A stretch of 64,000 bases of DNA, taken from positions 1-64,000 of the forward strand of contig JAEOTA010000018.1 of NCBI GenBank assembly GCA_016840085.1. The letters are read 5' to 3'. The notes under the pieces were generated by a model that was not told where the DNA came from, ran no database searches, and worked only from the letters and a program-made list of their open reading frames with translations. This document shows, one piece after another, positions 40,831 through 50,386 of the stretch. This DNA is from Promethearchaeota archaeon (lineage in GTDB: Archaea; Asgardarchaeota; Lokiarchaeia; Sigyniarchaeales; SOKP01). The translations under genes and the position numbers were made by a program. The first letter of the stretch is position 1, and each line of letters opens with the position of its first letter.

Positions 40831-40955
40831 TTTACGAAATCACTTTAAATATATTTTCTTAGTTAAAAAGATAGTAAAAATAAAAAATTATAGATCTTTA
40901 ATTAAACAAAGGATTCGAAAAAAGAATTAAAATTCACAATAGATTAATTATTATT

Positions 40956-41777
40956 ATGGTCAAAACTAAAACAAAATTACCCAAGGAAGGAGAATTTGTA
41001 GTTGCTAAGGTAACTGAAATTCAAAATCAATATGTTTATGTAGATTTAATAGATTTTGAAGGTTTAGAATCTGAGGAATGTGCTAGAGGGATGATACACA
41101 TATCAGAAATTAGTTCTAGATGGATTAAGAATATCCGAAACTATGTTAGAATTGGACAAAGAATTGTATTACGAGTATTAAGAGTAGATCCTTCCAAAGG
41201 CCATGTAGATTTATCATTAAGAAGAGTAAATTCTGCACAGAGAGAAAACCGATTAAAGGAATGGAAGTATGCTGTGAAATACGAAATGCTCTTACAGTTT
41301 TTAACAGAAACAGAAGCCGTTAACATGACACTTGATGAAGCATATAATTTAATTGGATTTCCTATATTGGAATATTTTGATTCATATCAAGAAGCTATTG
41401 AAAGTTTAAAAGAAGCAGGAGAAGAAATTTTAAGTAATTTAAAAGATCTATCAGATCAGGTTAAATCAGCATTTTTAAAAATTGTAGATGAAAATGTAGA
41501 GATTTCCACAGTTAGTATTTCAGGAAAAGTGAAATTATCATTTAATGCAGAAAACGGGATAGATTATATTAAAGAATCATTATTAGAAGCTTTAAAAGTT
41601 ATTGAACCAAAAAAAACTCGCAATATTAACATAAATTATATAGCTGCTCCATTTTATAGATTAGAGATTGTATCTAAGGATTATTTGGATGCTGAAAATA
41701 TCTTATCAGATGCATTAGAAATTATTGAGCAAAAAACGGATGAATATAACGGTACTTGTGAGTTTATAAGGGAGTAG
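40956..41777 (+). CDS. eif2a: Translation initiation factor 2 alpha subunit
   Basis: LP.EGEFVV, S1 domain GMIHISEISSRWIKNIR, KGHVDLSLRRV, AAP.YR. Confidence 0.95.
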   Translation: MVKTKTKLPKEGEFVVAKVTEIQNQYVYVDLIDFEGLESEECARGMIHISEISSRWIKNIRNYVRIGQRIVLRVLRVDPSKGHVDLSLRRVNSAQRENRLKEWKYAVKYEMLLQFLTETEAVNMTLDEAYNLIGFPILEYFDSYQEAIESLKEAGEEILSNLKDLSDQVKSAFLKIVDENVEISTVSISGKVKLSFNAENGIDYIKESLLEALKVIEPKKTRNININYIAAPFYRLEIVSKDYLDAENILSDALEIIEQKTDEYNGTCEFIRE

Positions 41778-41781
41778 AAAA

Positions 41782-41967
41782 ATGCCTAAATACCTCATGA
41801 AGTGTAAGGAATGTAATCGATACGGATTACTGAATTCTAAATCAAAATGTCGTTATTGTGGAGGACAATTAATAAATCCAAGACCTCCTAAATTTTCTTT
41901 AACAGATAAGTACGGTAAGTATCGTTTACAATACTTTAAGGAGGAATTTGATAAAAAATTTGAGTAA
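41782..41967 (+). CDS. nop10: H/ACA RNP protein Nop10
   Basis: KC.EC..Y.L...C..CGG....P.PPKFS..DKYGKYR; follows aIF2alpha. Confidence 0.92.
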   Translation: MPKYLMKCKECNRYGLLNSKSKCRYCGGQLINPRPPKFSLTDKYGKYRLQYFKEEFDKKFE

Positions 41968-41969
41968 AT

Positions 41970-42638
41970 TTAAGACAGCTCTATTTTTTCAGCAAACTTT
42001 TCATTCACAAGGATTATAGCATTCTGATAAGGAAGACATGCGATATCTTCTTCCGCAAAAGGTCCATAATTTAAAAGATCAATACCAACTAAAGGGGGAG
42101 TTTCCTTTAGAAATCGTACCACTATATATTCAATTTCGTCTTTTTTTTCTAAAATAAATTTATCTGAAATAACAGAAACATCTTCCTTGATAGATAAAGT
42201 AGCATTTTCGACCTTAATTTTCTCATCAGATTTAGTTTCTAATGGTTTTAAATCTTCTGAACTATCAATTTCCCCATAAATTGCGCCAGCTTTTACTTTT
42301 TTATAACCTTTAATAGAACTTATTAGATTTTGATAAAGGAGTTTCTCAGGCTCTATTACATCATTCAAATCTATTTCTTTTAGCACTAAAGCACAATTTA
42401 TTATTTTTCGTTCTCGAATCTTTAAAAGATCATTAAAAAGATAGTCAATGTTAGCTTTATATGATTCAAATATCTTTTCTTTTAAATCATCCTTTTGCCC
42501 TTCTTTGTAATTATTAATAAAACTAACAAATTTTTTATAATGATTGAATAACTCTTGGTTTAATTTTGTGAGTTCTGATTGTAGAAATTCTTTAACCCAA
42601 TGTTGATAAAGGTTCTCATAATCTGTTTTTAAGTCCAT
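41970..42638 (-). CDS. GINS complex subunit (Gins15/Gins51-like)
   Basis: E....ELTKL, L..IRERKII, E..LY, C-terminal B-domain VRFLK.TP.LVG.DL..YGPF..EDIA.LP..NA..L; downstream of priS. Confidence 0.85.
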   Translation of the reverse strand: MDLKTDYENLYQHWVKEFLQSELTKLNQELFNHYKKFVSFINNYKEGQKDDLKEKIFESYKANIDYLFNDLLKIRERKIINCALVLKEIDLNDVIEPEKLLYQNLISSIKGYKKVKAGAIYGEIDSSEDLKPLETKSDEKIKVENATLSIKEDVSVISDKFILEKKDEIEYIVVRFLKETPPLVGIDLLNYGPFAEEDIACLPYQNAIILVNEKFAEKIELS

Positions 42639-42699
42639 GAGTATCGAATCTAGTCACATTAATATTATTAACAAGTGTTTATGTTATTAAATTTTTAAC

Positions 42700-43974
42700 T
42701 CATATAGTTTTTGCTACTTCTCTACATAATAAAAACACCGCAATATGATGAGGAACTTCGATTATTTCACCTTTATTGTAAGGGCCAAATTCCTCTCCCT
42801 TTATTTTAGTCATTGGTACTTTAGTTTCTGTAATTTCTAATTTTTGAGATTTATTACTTTTAAACACAATTGGATCACACTTTTCATTTTTTTCATCTAA
42901 GGGATTAAAATCGTCAAATTCATCTGGGAATATCTCCTGAACTTTAAATCCTGTCTTGCCATGCAATGATCCTGGATATCTAATAAGTCTATGAATATCA
43001 ATCGTTACTGGTGTGTCAATTTCTATTCCAATCTCATGAACTATACCTGTTAAAAATTTATTCCATAAAGTTAATCCAAAACCTTCAATTGTCCATATAT
43101 TTTTATTATTTCTATTAATAATTTTTAAGAAATCATTTTTAAAACTAAGAAAACTTGTTATTAATTTTTGATTAAAATGAAATTTTCTTTTATCTAACAA
43201 TAAATTTTGAATTTCTAAATCAGGTTTTGTTAAGATCTCTTCAATTTTTTGAATAATTTTTTGACTCCATCCAATATTTTGTTTTGAAAAGCCAAATATA
43301 TTACCTCCTTTCTCTTGGAGACCTAAAATTTCAAATGATACATTTTCTCCTGTAAGGTAATCTGTGATTTCTCTTCTTTCTTCTGTAGATAAAGTTCTAA
43401 TCTTTTCATTTTCAATCTTTAAATGATATCCTCGATGACCAGAGAATGTAATTTTCATCTGATCTATGTCAATTCCAAAGTCTGGAATTAAGAAATTATA
43501 AATTAATCTCAGAATTTCATTCTTAGCTATCTTTAAACATTCTTCACATATCCAATTTAATCTACTTATTTTTAATTTATCACAGTATGGACACTTTCTT
43601 GGCATTCCCATCCCGGTTTTTCCACATTCTTTACAAGCCCAGAGATCATGATCTTCCTTACAAGGAGTATAAAAATGATCAACATCAATATCAATGATTA
43701 AATCACATCCTTGATAACCTTTGGATTCCATATTTTGATTTTCTGGTTGTGTATATATAGAACCACTCATATACGCATGACGTGGAGAATTACTTGTAAA
43801 ATAATTTCTTAGTGTTTCTTGAGAATTAAAACCGATATGCCTAATCATAAAGAATTTTTCCCAAGGGATAAAACCATACTCTCGCTGCTCAAAAAGGTTA
43901 ACTATAGGAATCTCAGATTGCTTTTCTTTATAATAAGCTTGAAATAAGCGTCTTAAATACGTTCTATCAATCAT
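42700..43974 (-). CDS. priS: DNA primase small (catalytic) subunit
   Basis: QREYGF, RH..F, DLIIDIDVD, FSGHRGYH, ID..VTIDIHRLIR.PGSLHGKTG. Confidence 0.95.
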   Translation of the reverse strand: MIDRTYLRRLFQAYYKEKQSEIPIVNLFEQREYGFIPWEKFFMIRHIGFNSQETLRNYFTSNSPRHAYMSGSIYTQPENQNMESKGYQGCDLIIDIDVDHFYTPCKEDHDLWACKECGKTGMGMPRKCPYCDKLKISRLNWICEECLKIAKNEILRLIYNFLIPDFGIDIDQMKITFSGHRGYHLKIENEKIRTLSTEERREITDYLTGENVSFEILGLQEKGGNIFGFSKQNIGWSQKIIQKIEEILTKPDLEIQNLLLDKRKFHFNQKLITSFLSFKNDFLKIINRNNKNIWTIEGFGLTLWNKFLTGIVHEIGIEIDTPVTIDIHRLIRYPGSLHGKTGFKVQEIFPDEFDDFNPLDEKNEKCDPIVFKSNKSQKLEITETKVPMTKIKGEEFGPYNKGEIIEVPHHIAVFLLCREVAKTI

Positions 43975-45155
43975 TTTTTCTTTCGGGATTCATTTTTTAT
44001 AAAATTTTTTTTCGAAGATTTAAATTGATTAAATTGAACATAAAATAAAGGATGTGAAATCTGTTTTTGGACTGCTAGTTTTTTAGAAAAATATCCTTCT
44101 AAACAGAGAGTATCCTTATATTGTTTTGCCATGCATAAATTCATAGATTTTAAAGATTGACATGAATAGGGAGTATAACCCTTTTTAATTGCATATCTAA
44201 CTTGATAAGCTGTTTTATCTCTATCAAAATCAGGGAGTGATGAAAAAACGTTAATTATCTCATCTTCAGGATATTTAAGAGCATTTAAAAACCAAGTTAA
44301 AAAAAGTCGCTCAGTGTGTATTAGATTTTGTCCTTCTTTTATTTTAGTATGAATCTCTTTAATACAAGGAGGAAAATCTTTTGAAATATCCTTTCCTTTT
44401 TTAAATCCAACTTCAAAAGAATATTCAAATTCTTCTTTCATTAAATCCCATTTTGCATTTATCTTCTCAAAAATAGTTTTAAAATTTTGATTTTTGAATA
44501 ATTTATCTTTAAACCTACTTAAATTACGATTATCTCTCTTATTATTCATTATAAATTTATTTCGGACGTATTCTTGAATCAATCTATTAAGACTTTTAGA
44601 GGGGATAATTACATAACCATTAGATACAGGATTATTAACTAATTTTCGGAATTCATCTTTTAAACGAGATGATAATTTCAAATAATCAATAAAGTGAATT
44701 TTGAAATTTGTATCTTTTATTTCTATTTGATCTTTTAATATAATTTTCTTGTAAATGATTGGTTCTTGCTCATAAATAACATCTAAATTCAAATCTTGGT
44801 AAATATAATATAAATTATAATCACTTTCTTTATTCAATTCATTATAAGTAGTTTTTGAGTATATATTGGCAACTCTGTTAGTAATAACTTTATTATCTAA
44901 AACATATAATAGAATTCTTAACGATAAGTATAAGTAAATATTTATATCATCTTGGGTATAGTTAGGAAAAATTTCTACATTTTCAAAAGATAATTCGAAT
45001 ATATTTAAGATTCTTTTATTTACATCATAATGATTATCAGATGAGAATACTTCGTTTATAAAGTCGACGGGGTCTTTTGCTTCTATATCAGAATAATATT
45101 CTTTTAAAGAAGGGAGCCAAGGATAATGTTTAACTAATTCAAAAAGACCACTCAT
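43971..45155 (-). CDS. priL: DNA primase large subunit
   Basis: YPWL, FPPCI, G.NL.H.ER..L, PDFD..KT.YQV, Y.PYSC, 4Fe-4S cysteines, HPL.Y. Confidence 0.92.
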   Translation of the reverse strand: MSGLFELVKHYPWLPSLKEYYSDIEAKDPVDFINEVFSSDNHYDVNKRILNIFELSFENVEIFPNYTQDDINIYLYLSLRILLYVLDNKVITNRVANIYSKTTYNELNKESDYNLYYIYQDLNLDVIYEQEPIIYKKIILKDQIEIKDTNFKIHFIDYLKLSSRLKDEFRKLVNNPVSNGYVIIPSKSLNRLIQEYVRNKFIMNNKRDNRNLSRFKDKLFKNQNFKTIFEKINAKWDLMKEEFEYSFEVGFKKGKDISKDFPPCIKEIHTKIKEGQNLIHTERLFLTWFLNALKYPEDEIINVFSSLPDFDRDKTAYQVRYAIKKGYTPYSCQSLKSMNLCMAKQYKDTLCLEGYFSKKLAVQKQISHPLFYVQFNQFKSSKKNFIKNESRKKK

Positions 45156-45308
45156 TGTTCAATAAAATTACTAAATTTAAGAATTATTATTTAGCTTCTA
45201 AAAAATTTGATGCTATTAAACTTTAATAAATTAAGAGTAAAAAGATTTAATGATAATTTTAATGAAACTATTAATTATGTAATAATTGAAAAGTAAAGAA
45301 AAAAACGA

Positions 45309-46112
45309 TTAGAATTCATCCATATCTTCATCTTCGTTAAATTCTTCTTCTTCTACTCGTGGTGCAAGGAAGTAATTTAATTCACCACCCTCAAGAAGAT
45401 CAAAATCCATCTTTAATGGATGATCAGTCTTTAATGATATCTCTAACTTTTCGGTAATTGAAGCAATCTTTAAAATGGCTTTTAGAAAAGTCAATGAATA
45501 TGCTCCTGTGCTAGTGTCGCTCAGGTTGCTTTCGATTAAATCATCTTCATTAAGATCATAGACCATTTCCCCTATTTGACCTGAGGAGCTAAAAACTAAC
45601 CCTTGTCCTTCGGTTGCATTTATATTGAGAATTTCCGAATAAATCTCTGCATCTTTAATAGCTTCAACTAAAAAGTTAGGTTCTATTACCCATTTTGAGG
45701 GATATTCTATTTCTAATAATCTATCCATGGGAATTTCCTCAATATCTATATCCAATAGAGCTAAGCTAAAAGTTCTAGTTCGAGAAACTCCTTCTCTTTG
45801 CATTTTTATTTTTATTTTTTGATCTACCTCTTTAAAATCAATTTCAACTGAATCATTAAGAGCACTTCTTTTTAGAATTTTATCTAAATCATCCAAATTC
45901 AGACCAACTTTAGAGTCTTTACTGCATTTATACTCATCGAAATTTTCTTTTTTAATTGAGAGTTTGAGTAAACATATTCGACTTGGATCCATTGCTGATA
46001 TTGTAAATTCTTTAGGAGTAACTCGAAATTCTGTTTCATCTATAATACTCGCAAGAGTTTCTACAATTCCTTTCAATATCCGACTATTTTCCAACTTTAA
46101 CGTAAAACTCAT
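45309..46112 (-). CDS. pcn: DNA polymerase sliding clamp PCNA
   Basis: AMDPSRI, G.NLDDL.KILKR, YSL.FL, PLK, YFLAPRVE. Confidence 0.96.
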   Translation of the reverse strand: MSFTLKLENSRILKGIVETLASIIDETEFRVTPKEFTISAMDPSRICLLKLSIKKENFDEYKCSKDSKVGLNLDDLDKILKRSALNDSVEIDFKEVDQKIKIKMQREGVSRTRTFSLALLDIDIEEIPMDRLLEIEYPSKWVIEPNFLVEAIKDAEIYSEILNINATEGQGLVFSSSGQIGEMVYDLNEDDLIESNLSDTSTGAYSLTFLKAILKIASITEKLEISLKTDHPLKMDFDLLEGGELNYFLAPRVEEEEFNEDEDMDEF

Positions 46113-46283
46113 ATTCTTTCAGCAAATATATTCAATAATAATTAAGATAATTATGTTTTATTGCCATTATTAATAATATTTAATATTAGTGTTTTAATAA
46201 TACTTATGTTTGGTATTAAATCAATTATTTATACTTATCTTAAATTTTCACATTTATATTAATGATTTTTATATAAAGAAAAA

Positions 46284-46604
46284 ATGTCAAATCAATACGC
46301 AAAGCAAAGAACGATAAAAGATATCGAAAATAATGACGAAAGGATCCAAGTTACAGGATATATTAAGGATAAAACTAATAATGAGAATATAATAATCGAT
46401 GATAAAACGGGAATAATCAAAGTAAAGATAACTGAAATTGAAAAGTTTACTTATGATGTAAATGATTTAATTAATGTTATCGGGGATTTGGAACTACACA
46501 CAGACGGAGAAAAAGTAATCGTTGCCCAGTTTATTCAAGATATGAATAAATTGAACTTTGAATATTATCAGAAATTATATGAACTTAAAAAAGAACTTGA
46601 GTAA
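46284..46604 (+). CDS. Single OB-fold protein (RPA14/RPA3-like)
   Basis: R.IKDI...D.RIQVTG, IIDDKTG.I.V, INVIG, A.FIQD...L.FE.Y. Confidence 0.7.
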   Translation: MSNQYAKQRTIKDIENNDERIQVTGYIKDKTNNENIIIDDKTGIIKVKITEIEKFTYDVNDLINVIGDLELHTDGEKVIVAQFIQDMNKLNFEYYQKLYELKKELE

Positions 46605-46617
46605 TGGAGTATAAAGT

Positions 46618-46956
46618 ATGGCTGATTTTTGTCCTGAGTGTGATAATTTACTCCGAAAGAAAAATGAAAATGGGAAAATATATTTGGTATGCAAATGCGG
46701 TTTTCAAAAAGAGCTAGAACAGAATAGTGAGAAACTTAATTCATCCATTCAAAAGAAAAAAATAGATTTAGAAAAAAATCTTATCATCATTTCAGAGGAA
46801 GATAAAGTTTCCGTGAATCTTAAGACTAAAAAAAATTGTCCTAAATGCGGTTTCACGGAGGCTGAAACCTGGCAAGTTCAAATAAGAGGTGCCGATGAGC
46901 CAATGACTCATTTTTTTAAATGTTTAAAATGTAAATATACATGGCGTGAAAATTAA
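46618..46956 (+). CDS. tfs: Transcription factor S (TFS/RpoM)
   Basis: FCPECDNLL...C.CG and CPKCG..EA..WQ.Q.RGADEP.T.FFKC.KC...WRE, with the acidic DE pair retained. Confidence 0.93.
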   Translation: MADFCPECDNLLRKKNENGKIYLVCKCGFQKELEQNSEKLNSSIQKKKIDLEKNLIIISEEDKVSVNLKTKKNCPKCGFTEAETWQVQIRGADEPMTHFFKCLKCKYTWREN

Positions 46957-47117
46957 AAACTTCTGTTTTAATAAGATTATATTACCCTGTATAGTTAAAT
47001 TATCGTGAAAGGATGGTTTTACGAAGATCGAAGATATTTATTTCTATAATTTAATTAACAAAATCTGATTTCAGGATAATACTTCTGAAGTTATTTAGTG
47101 TTTTCGTGAAAGATTAC

Positions 47118-48581
47118 TTATATCTCTTTTTTAGGCAATCTATTTCTGAAACCTACTGACTTTAGTTTTTGAAAACCAAAAAAGATAATTAATGGAATAA
47201 TGTTCAATATAACAAAAAAAATAAAAATTTCAGGATGAAATATAACTATATCAGGACCAATATTTCTCTCTATTATTATGACTTTCATATCTTCAGGTAT
47301 AATATTACATAAACATAAAATAAGATAAAAATAAATAGTTAACAAAAAAATCACGATATACAATATTAAATTGTTTAATTTTGATAGCTTTCTTTTTTTA
47401 ATTTTTACAATGAAAGACAAATTCTTCTGGATTAAATCATGTCTATCTTCTTTAAAGCCATATATTATGAGGGATAAAATGACTAACAGGAATATTGGGT
47501 ACAAAACTAATAAAAATATTGAAAATTCTTGAAAAATTAATATAATAATATCATCTCCATAGAAGATACATTTAATCAGAGCATAAATCAATAAAATTGC
47601 TATAATACTTTCTAATATTTTTAATAAATGAATTATTTTTGATACTCTGCTTATTTTATGTTCTAAAAACACTTCCTTAAGAGAAATAGGAGCTTTTTCA
47701 AAAAATATAAAACTAAAAATTAGTAATATCAAAATTATTTCAAAAAAGAAGAAATGGGTAATAGTTAATCCAATATCCCAATGTAAAAAATATTTTAAAG
47801 AAAGAAATAATCTTAGTAGAATCATAACAAAATAAATAATTAAAAATGATGGAATTAACGACTTGTATTGATTTTTCGGACTTAAAATCGTAATAGAAAA
47901 CATTACTATAGTTATTAAAATCAAAGAAACTTCGGGATCTGCAATAATGTAAGGATAAAGAGATATTTTAAAATGAATAAAATATATTATGATCGCGGTT
48001 AAAAGTAGTATTGAATAAAGAGAGAAAGAATTTATTTCACCTATTCTTTGGTTTCTGCTTTTTTTTAGCGTTTTTTCATATAAAAAAAATCCTAAAAAAG
48101 AAACACCAATCATAAATAAAATAAGTATTATTGCTATCAAATTTAGGTAATACCCAATTAAATATTGTATATCTGTAATATATACTTCCGGAATACCTAT
48201 ACAAGGAGGACGTGGATATCTATGAAACCTAATTATATATTCAATTATGATAGAGAAACTTAGGATTCCAAAAATTATTAAAGATGAAAAAGTTTGAGCT
48301 TTTTTTTCTTTCCAAGAGAAAATCGATATTATTACCATTAGCAATCCATAGATGCCACCAAATAATAGAGAATAGTAAGTATAATAGTAATAACCATTTA
48401 GGTTAAAAGGATAATAAATAAATCTATCTTTACGAACAAAACCTCCTAATTTTACTAAATACCATGGAAAAAATAATGAAAGTATTGAAAGGGAAAATCC
48501 AATTACTCCTGCAATTAAGGAAGTAATTGTAATAACTTGTTTGATCAATATACTTGATTTTAATATATTTCTGATGGACAT
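47118..48581 (-). CDS. Polytopic membrane protein of unknown function
   Basis: 487-aa ORF with ~12 hydrophobic segments; very AT-rich. Confidence 0.65.
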   Translation of the reverse strand: MSIRNILKSSILIKQVITITSLIAGVIGFSLSILSLFFPWYLVKLGGFVRKDRFIYYPFNLNGYYYYTYYSLLFGGIYGLLMVIISIFSWKEKKAQTFSSLIIFGILSFSIIIEYIIRFHRYPRPPCIGIPEVYITDIQYLIGYYLNLIAIILILFMIGVSFLGFFLYEKTLKKSRNQRIGEINSFSLYSILLLTAIIIYFIHFKISLYPYIIADPEVSLILITIVMFSITILSPKNQYKSLIPSFLIIYFVMILLRLFLSLKYFLHWDIGLTITHFFFFEIILILLIFSFIFFEKAPISLKEVFLEHKISRVSKIIHLLKILESIIAILLIYALIKCIFYGDDIIILIFQEFSIFLLVLYPIFLLVILSLIIYGFKEDRHDLIQKNLSFIVKIKKRKLSKLNNLILYIVIFLLTIYFYLILCLCNIIPEDMKVIIIERNIGPDIVIFHPEIFIFFVILNIIPLIIFFGFQKLKSVGFRNRLPKKEI

Positions 48582-48764
48582 AAAATCTAATTTCTTTCAA
48601 TAGAATCTTTAAAATAAAAGTTGATAATGTGCTATATAAAATTAATCTTAAATGAAAGAAAATTTCATATTATTGAATAACCAAATGTTATAGAATTGAT
48701 CCAATTAAGATTATACAAAAAAAGTATAAATCTAATAGTCATTCTTAAAAACTTTTAATAACTT

Positions 48765-48971
48765 TTAAGAAAGAACTTCTAAGATTTTAGTAAGAATTCG
48801 CGCTTTACCGCCAGTTGACTGGAGTAAAGTCTTTCCACATACCAAACATTCTACATCTGTTGCAGCACACCCAAAAATAATTTGTTGATTCCCACAATTT
48901 AAACATTTTACTCGTAAAAATCTGCTTTTTGGTTGTGGAATAAGTTCTTTTGGTTTTTTATAATGGGGCAT
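48765..48971 (-). CDS. rps27e: 30S ribosomal protein S27e
   Basis: [15 protein letters not shown]...V.C..CG..L...TGGKA.I. Confidence 0.96.
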   Translation of the reverse strand: MPHYKKPKELIPQPKSRFLRVKCLNCGNQQIIFGCAATDVECLVCGKTLLQSTGGKARILTKILEVLS

Positions 48972-48994
48972 TTATACTTCCTTTTTAATTATAA

Positions 48995-49276
48995 TTATAC
49001 TTCTTGTAATTCAAAACGTTTTACACGATAAGATTTGGCATACTGTTTATTACCACATTCAGTACATTCTAAAATGGGAAGGCTCTTCTTATTAATTTTT
49101 GCATTCTTATGAAAAATTTCTTTAGGGAAACTTCCGTAACCTTTCTTATGACGTTCTACCCTTCTACGGCCTTGATTTAACATCCGTTCTTTTCCCTTTT
49201 TGTACAATGATACATTATGAATTTGATGAGAACGACATTTAGGGCAGTACCGTCGTATAGTCCGCGGGAATTTCAA
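48995..49276 (-). CDS. rpl44e: 50S ribosomal protein L44e (eL42)
   Basis: P....YCPKC..H..H.V..YKKGK, KGYG, K..KK....LEC.ECG. Confidence 0.95.
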   Translation of the reverse strand: MKFPRTIRRYCPKCRSHQIHNVSLYKKGKERMLNQGRRRVERHKKGYGSFPKEIFHKNAKINKKSLPILECTECGNKQYAKSYRVKRFELQEV

Positions 49277-49434
49277 TTTTTCAAACCACCAATATCTAAT
49301 TACCTTATGTAATTATTTATAAATTATAAATTTTATTAGTTCTGCTTCTTTCTTTGAATAACCTTGGTTTAATAAAAAACCATTTAAATCTTATATTCAT
49401 AATGTTAATAAAAACATGTTCAATTAGAATTCAA

Positions 49435-50352
49435 ATGTTCAAAGAGAAATTTAACGAAGGAATAATAAGTGCCAAGCAATTTGATAGGGAAGATATTGAA
49501 TATATCTTAAATAAAGGTAAAGAAATGATTCATATTAAAAATTCAAATCTTCTAAGGGGAAAAATTCTATCTACATTATTTTTCGAACCATCAACTCGTA
49601 CTCGTCTAAGTTTTGAATCTGCCATGTATAGACTAGGAGGTAATGTAATAGGCTTTCATTCTGGGAATGTGTCTTCTATTAAAAAGGGAGAAAGTATTGC
49701 AGATACAATTAGAACAGTAGAAAACTATAGTGATTGTATTGTGATCAGACATTCGCTAGAAGGCGCCGCTACAATGGCTGCTAAATTTGCAAAAGTTCCG
49801 ATAATCAATGCTGGATCTGGAAGTGGAGAGCATCCTACACAAGCATTATTAGACTTACTCACAATAAATGAGGAAGTTGGCTCACTAGATGGATTAAATA
49901 TAGGTTTAATGGGAGATCTTAAGTATGGCAGAACTGTACATTCTCTTTCGATTCTATTATCAAATTTTGATGTAAATATTTACTTCATAAGCCCCTTAGA
50001 ATTAACAATGAGAAATCGGGATAAAGATTTTTTACTCACCCGGCAGGTTAAATATAAGGAAATTACAAATTATCGTAAAATTTTGAACATATTAGATGTT
50101 CTATATATGACTAGGATCCAAAAGGAGAGATTCATTGATTTAGAGGAGTATGAAAAAGTTAAAGATTTCTATAATTTTAGAGAAGATGATCTTGAAGATA
50201 CAAAAGATAATTTTAGATTATTGCACCCTCTTCCGAGAATTACCGAAATTTCTCCTGAAGTAGATAATTCTGAGAAAGCTATTTATTTCAAACAAACATA
50301 CTACGGCATCCCTATGAGAAAAGCAATTTTGGCAGAGTTGATGACGGATTAA
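49435..50352 (+). CDS. pyrB: Aspartate carbamoyltransferase catalytic subunit
   Basis: FFEPSTRTRLSFESA, INAGSG..EHPTQ, GDLKYGRTVHS, RIQKER, HPLPR; ATG at 49435 preferred over TTG at 49354. Confidence 0.96.
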   Translation: MFKEKFNEGIISAKQFDREDIEYILNKGKEMIHIKNSNLLRGKILSTLFFEPSTRTRLSFESAMYRLGGNVIGFHSGNVSSIKKGESIADTIRTVENYSDCIVIRHSLEGAATMAAKFAKVPIINAGSGSGEHPTQALLDLLTINEEVGSLDGLNIGLMGDLKYGRTVHSLSILLSNFDVNIYFISPLELTMRNRDKDFLLTRQVKYKEITNYRKILNILDVLYMTRIQKERFIDLEEYEKVKDFYNFREDDLEDTKDNFRLLHPLPRITEISPEVDNSEKAIYFKQTYYGIPMRKAILAELMTD

Positions 50353-50386
50353 AATTAATGATTCTCTTAATTCTTGATTAAATTTA

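Noticed and set aside
46990-47095. Hairpins downstream of tfs (TCGTGAAA-N6-TTTTACGA; TTCAGGA-N6-TTCTGAA) as ncRNA or SECIS
   Set aside because: No in-frame UGA selenoprotein nearby and no C/D or clear SECIS core. More likely terminator-like or chance structure between convergent genes.
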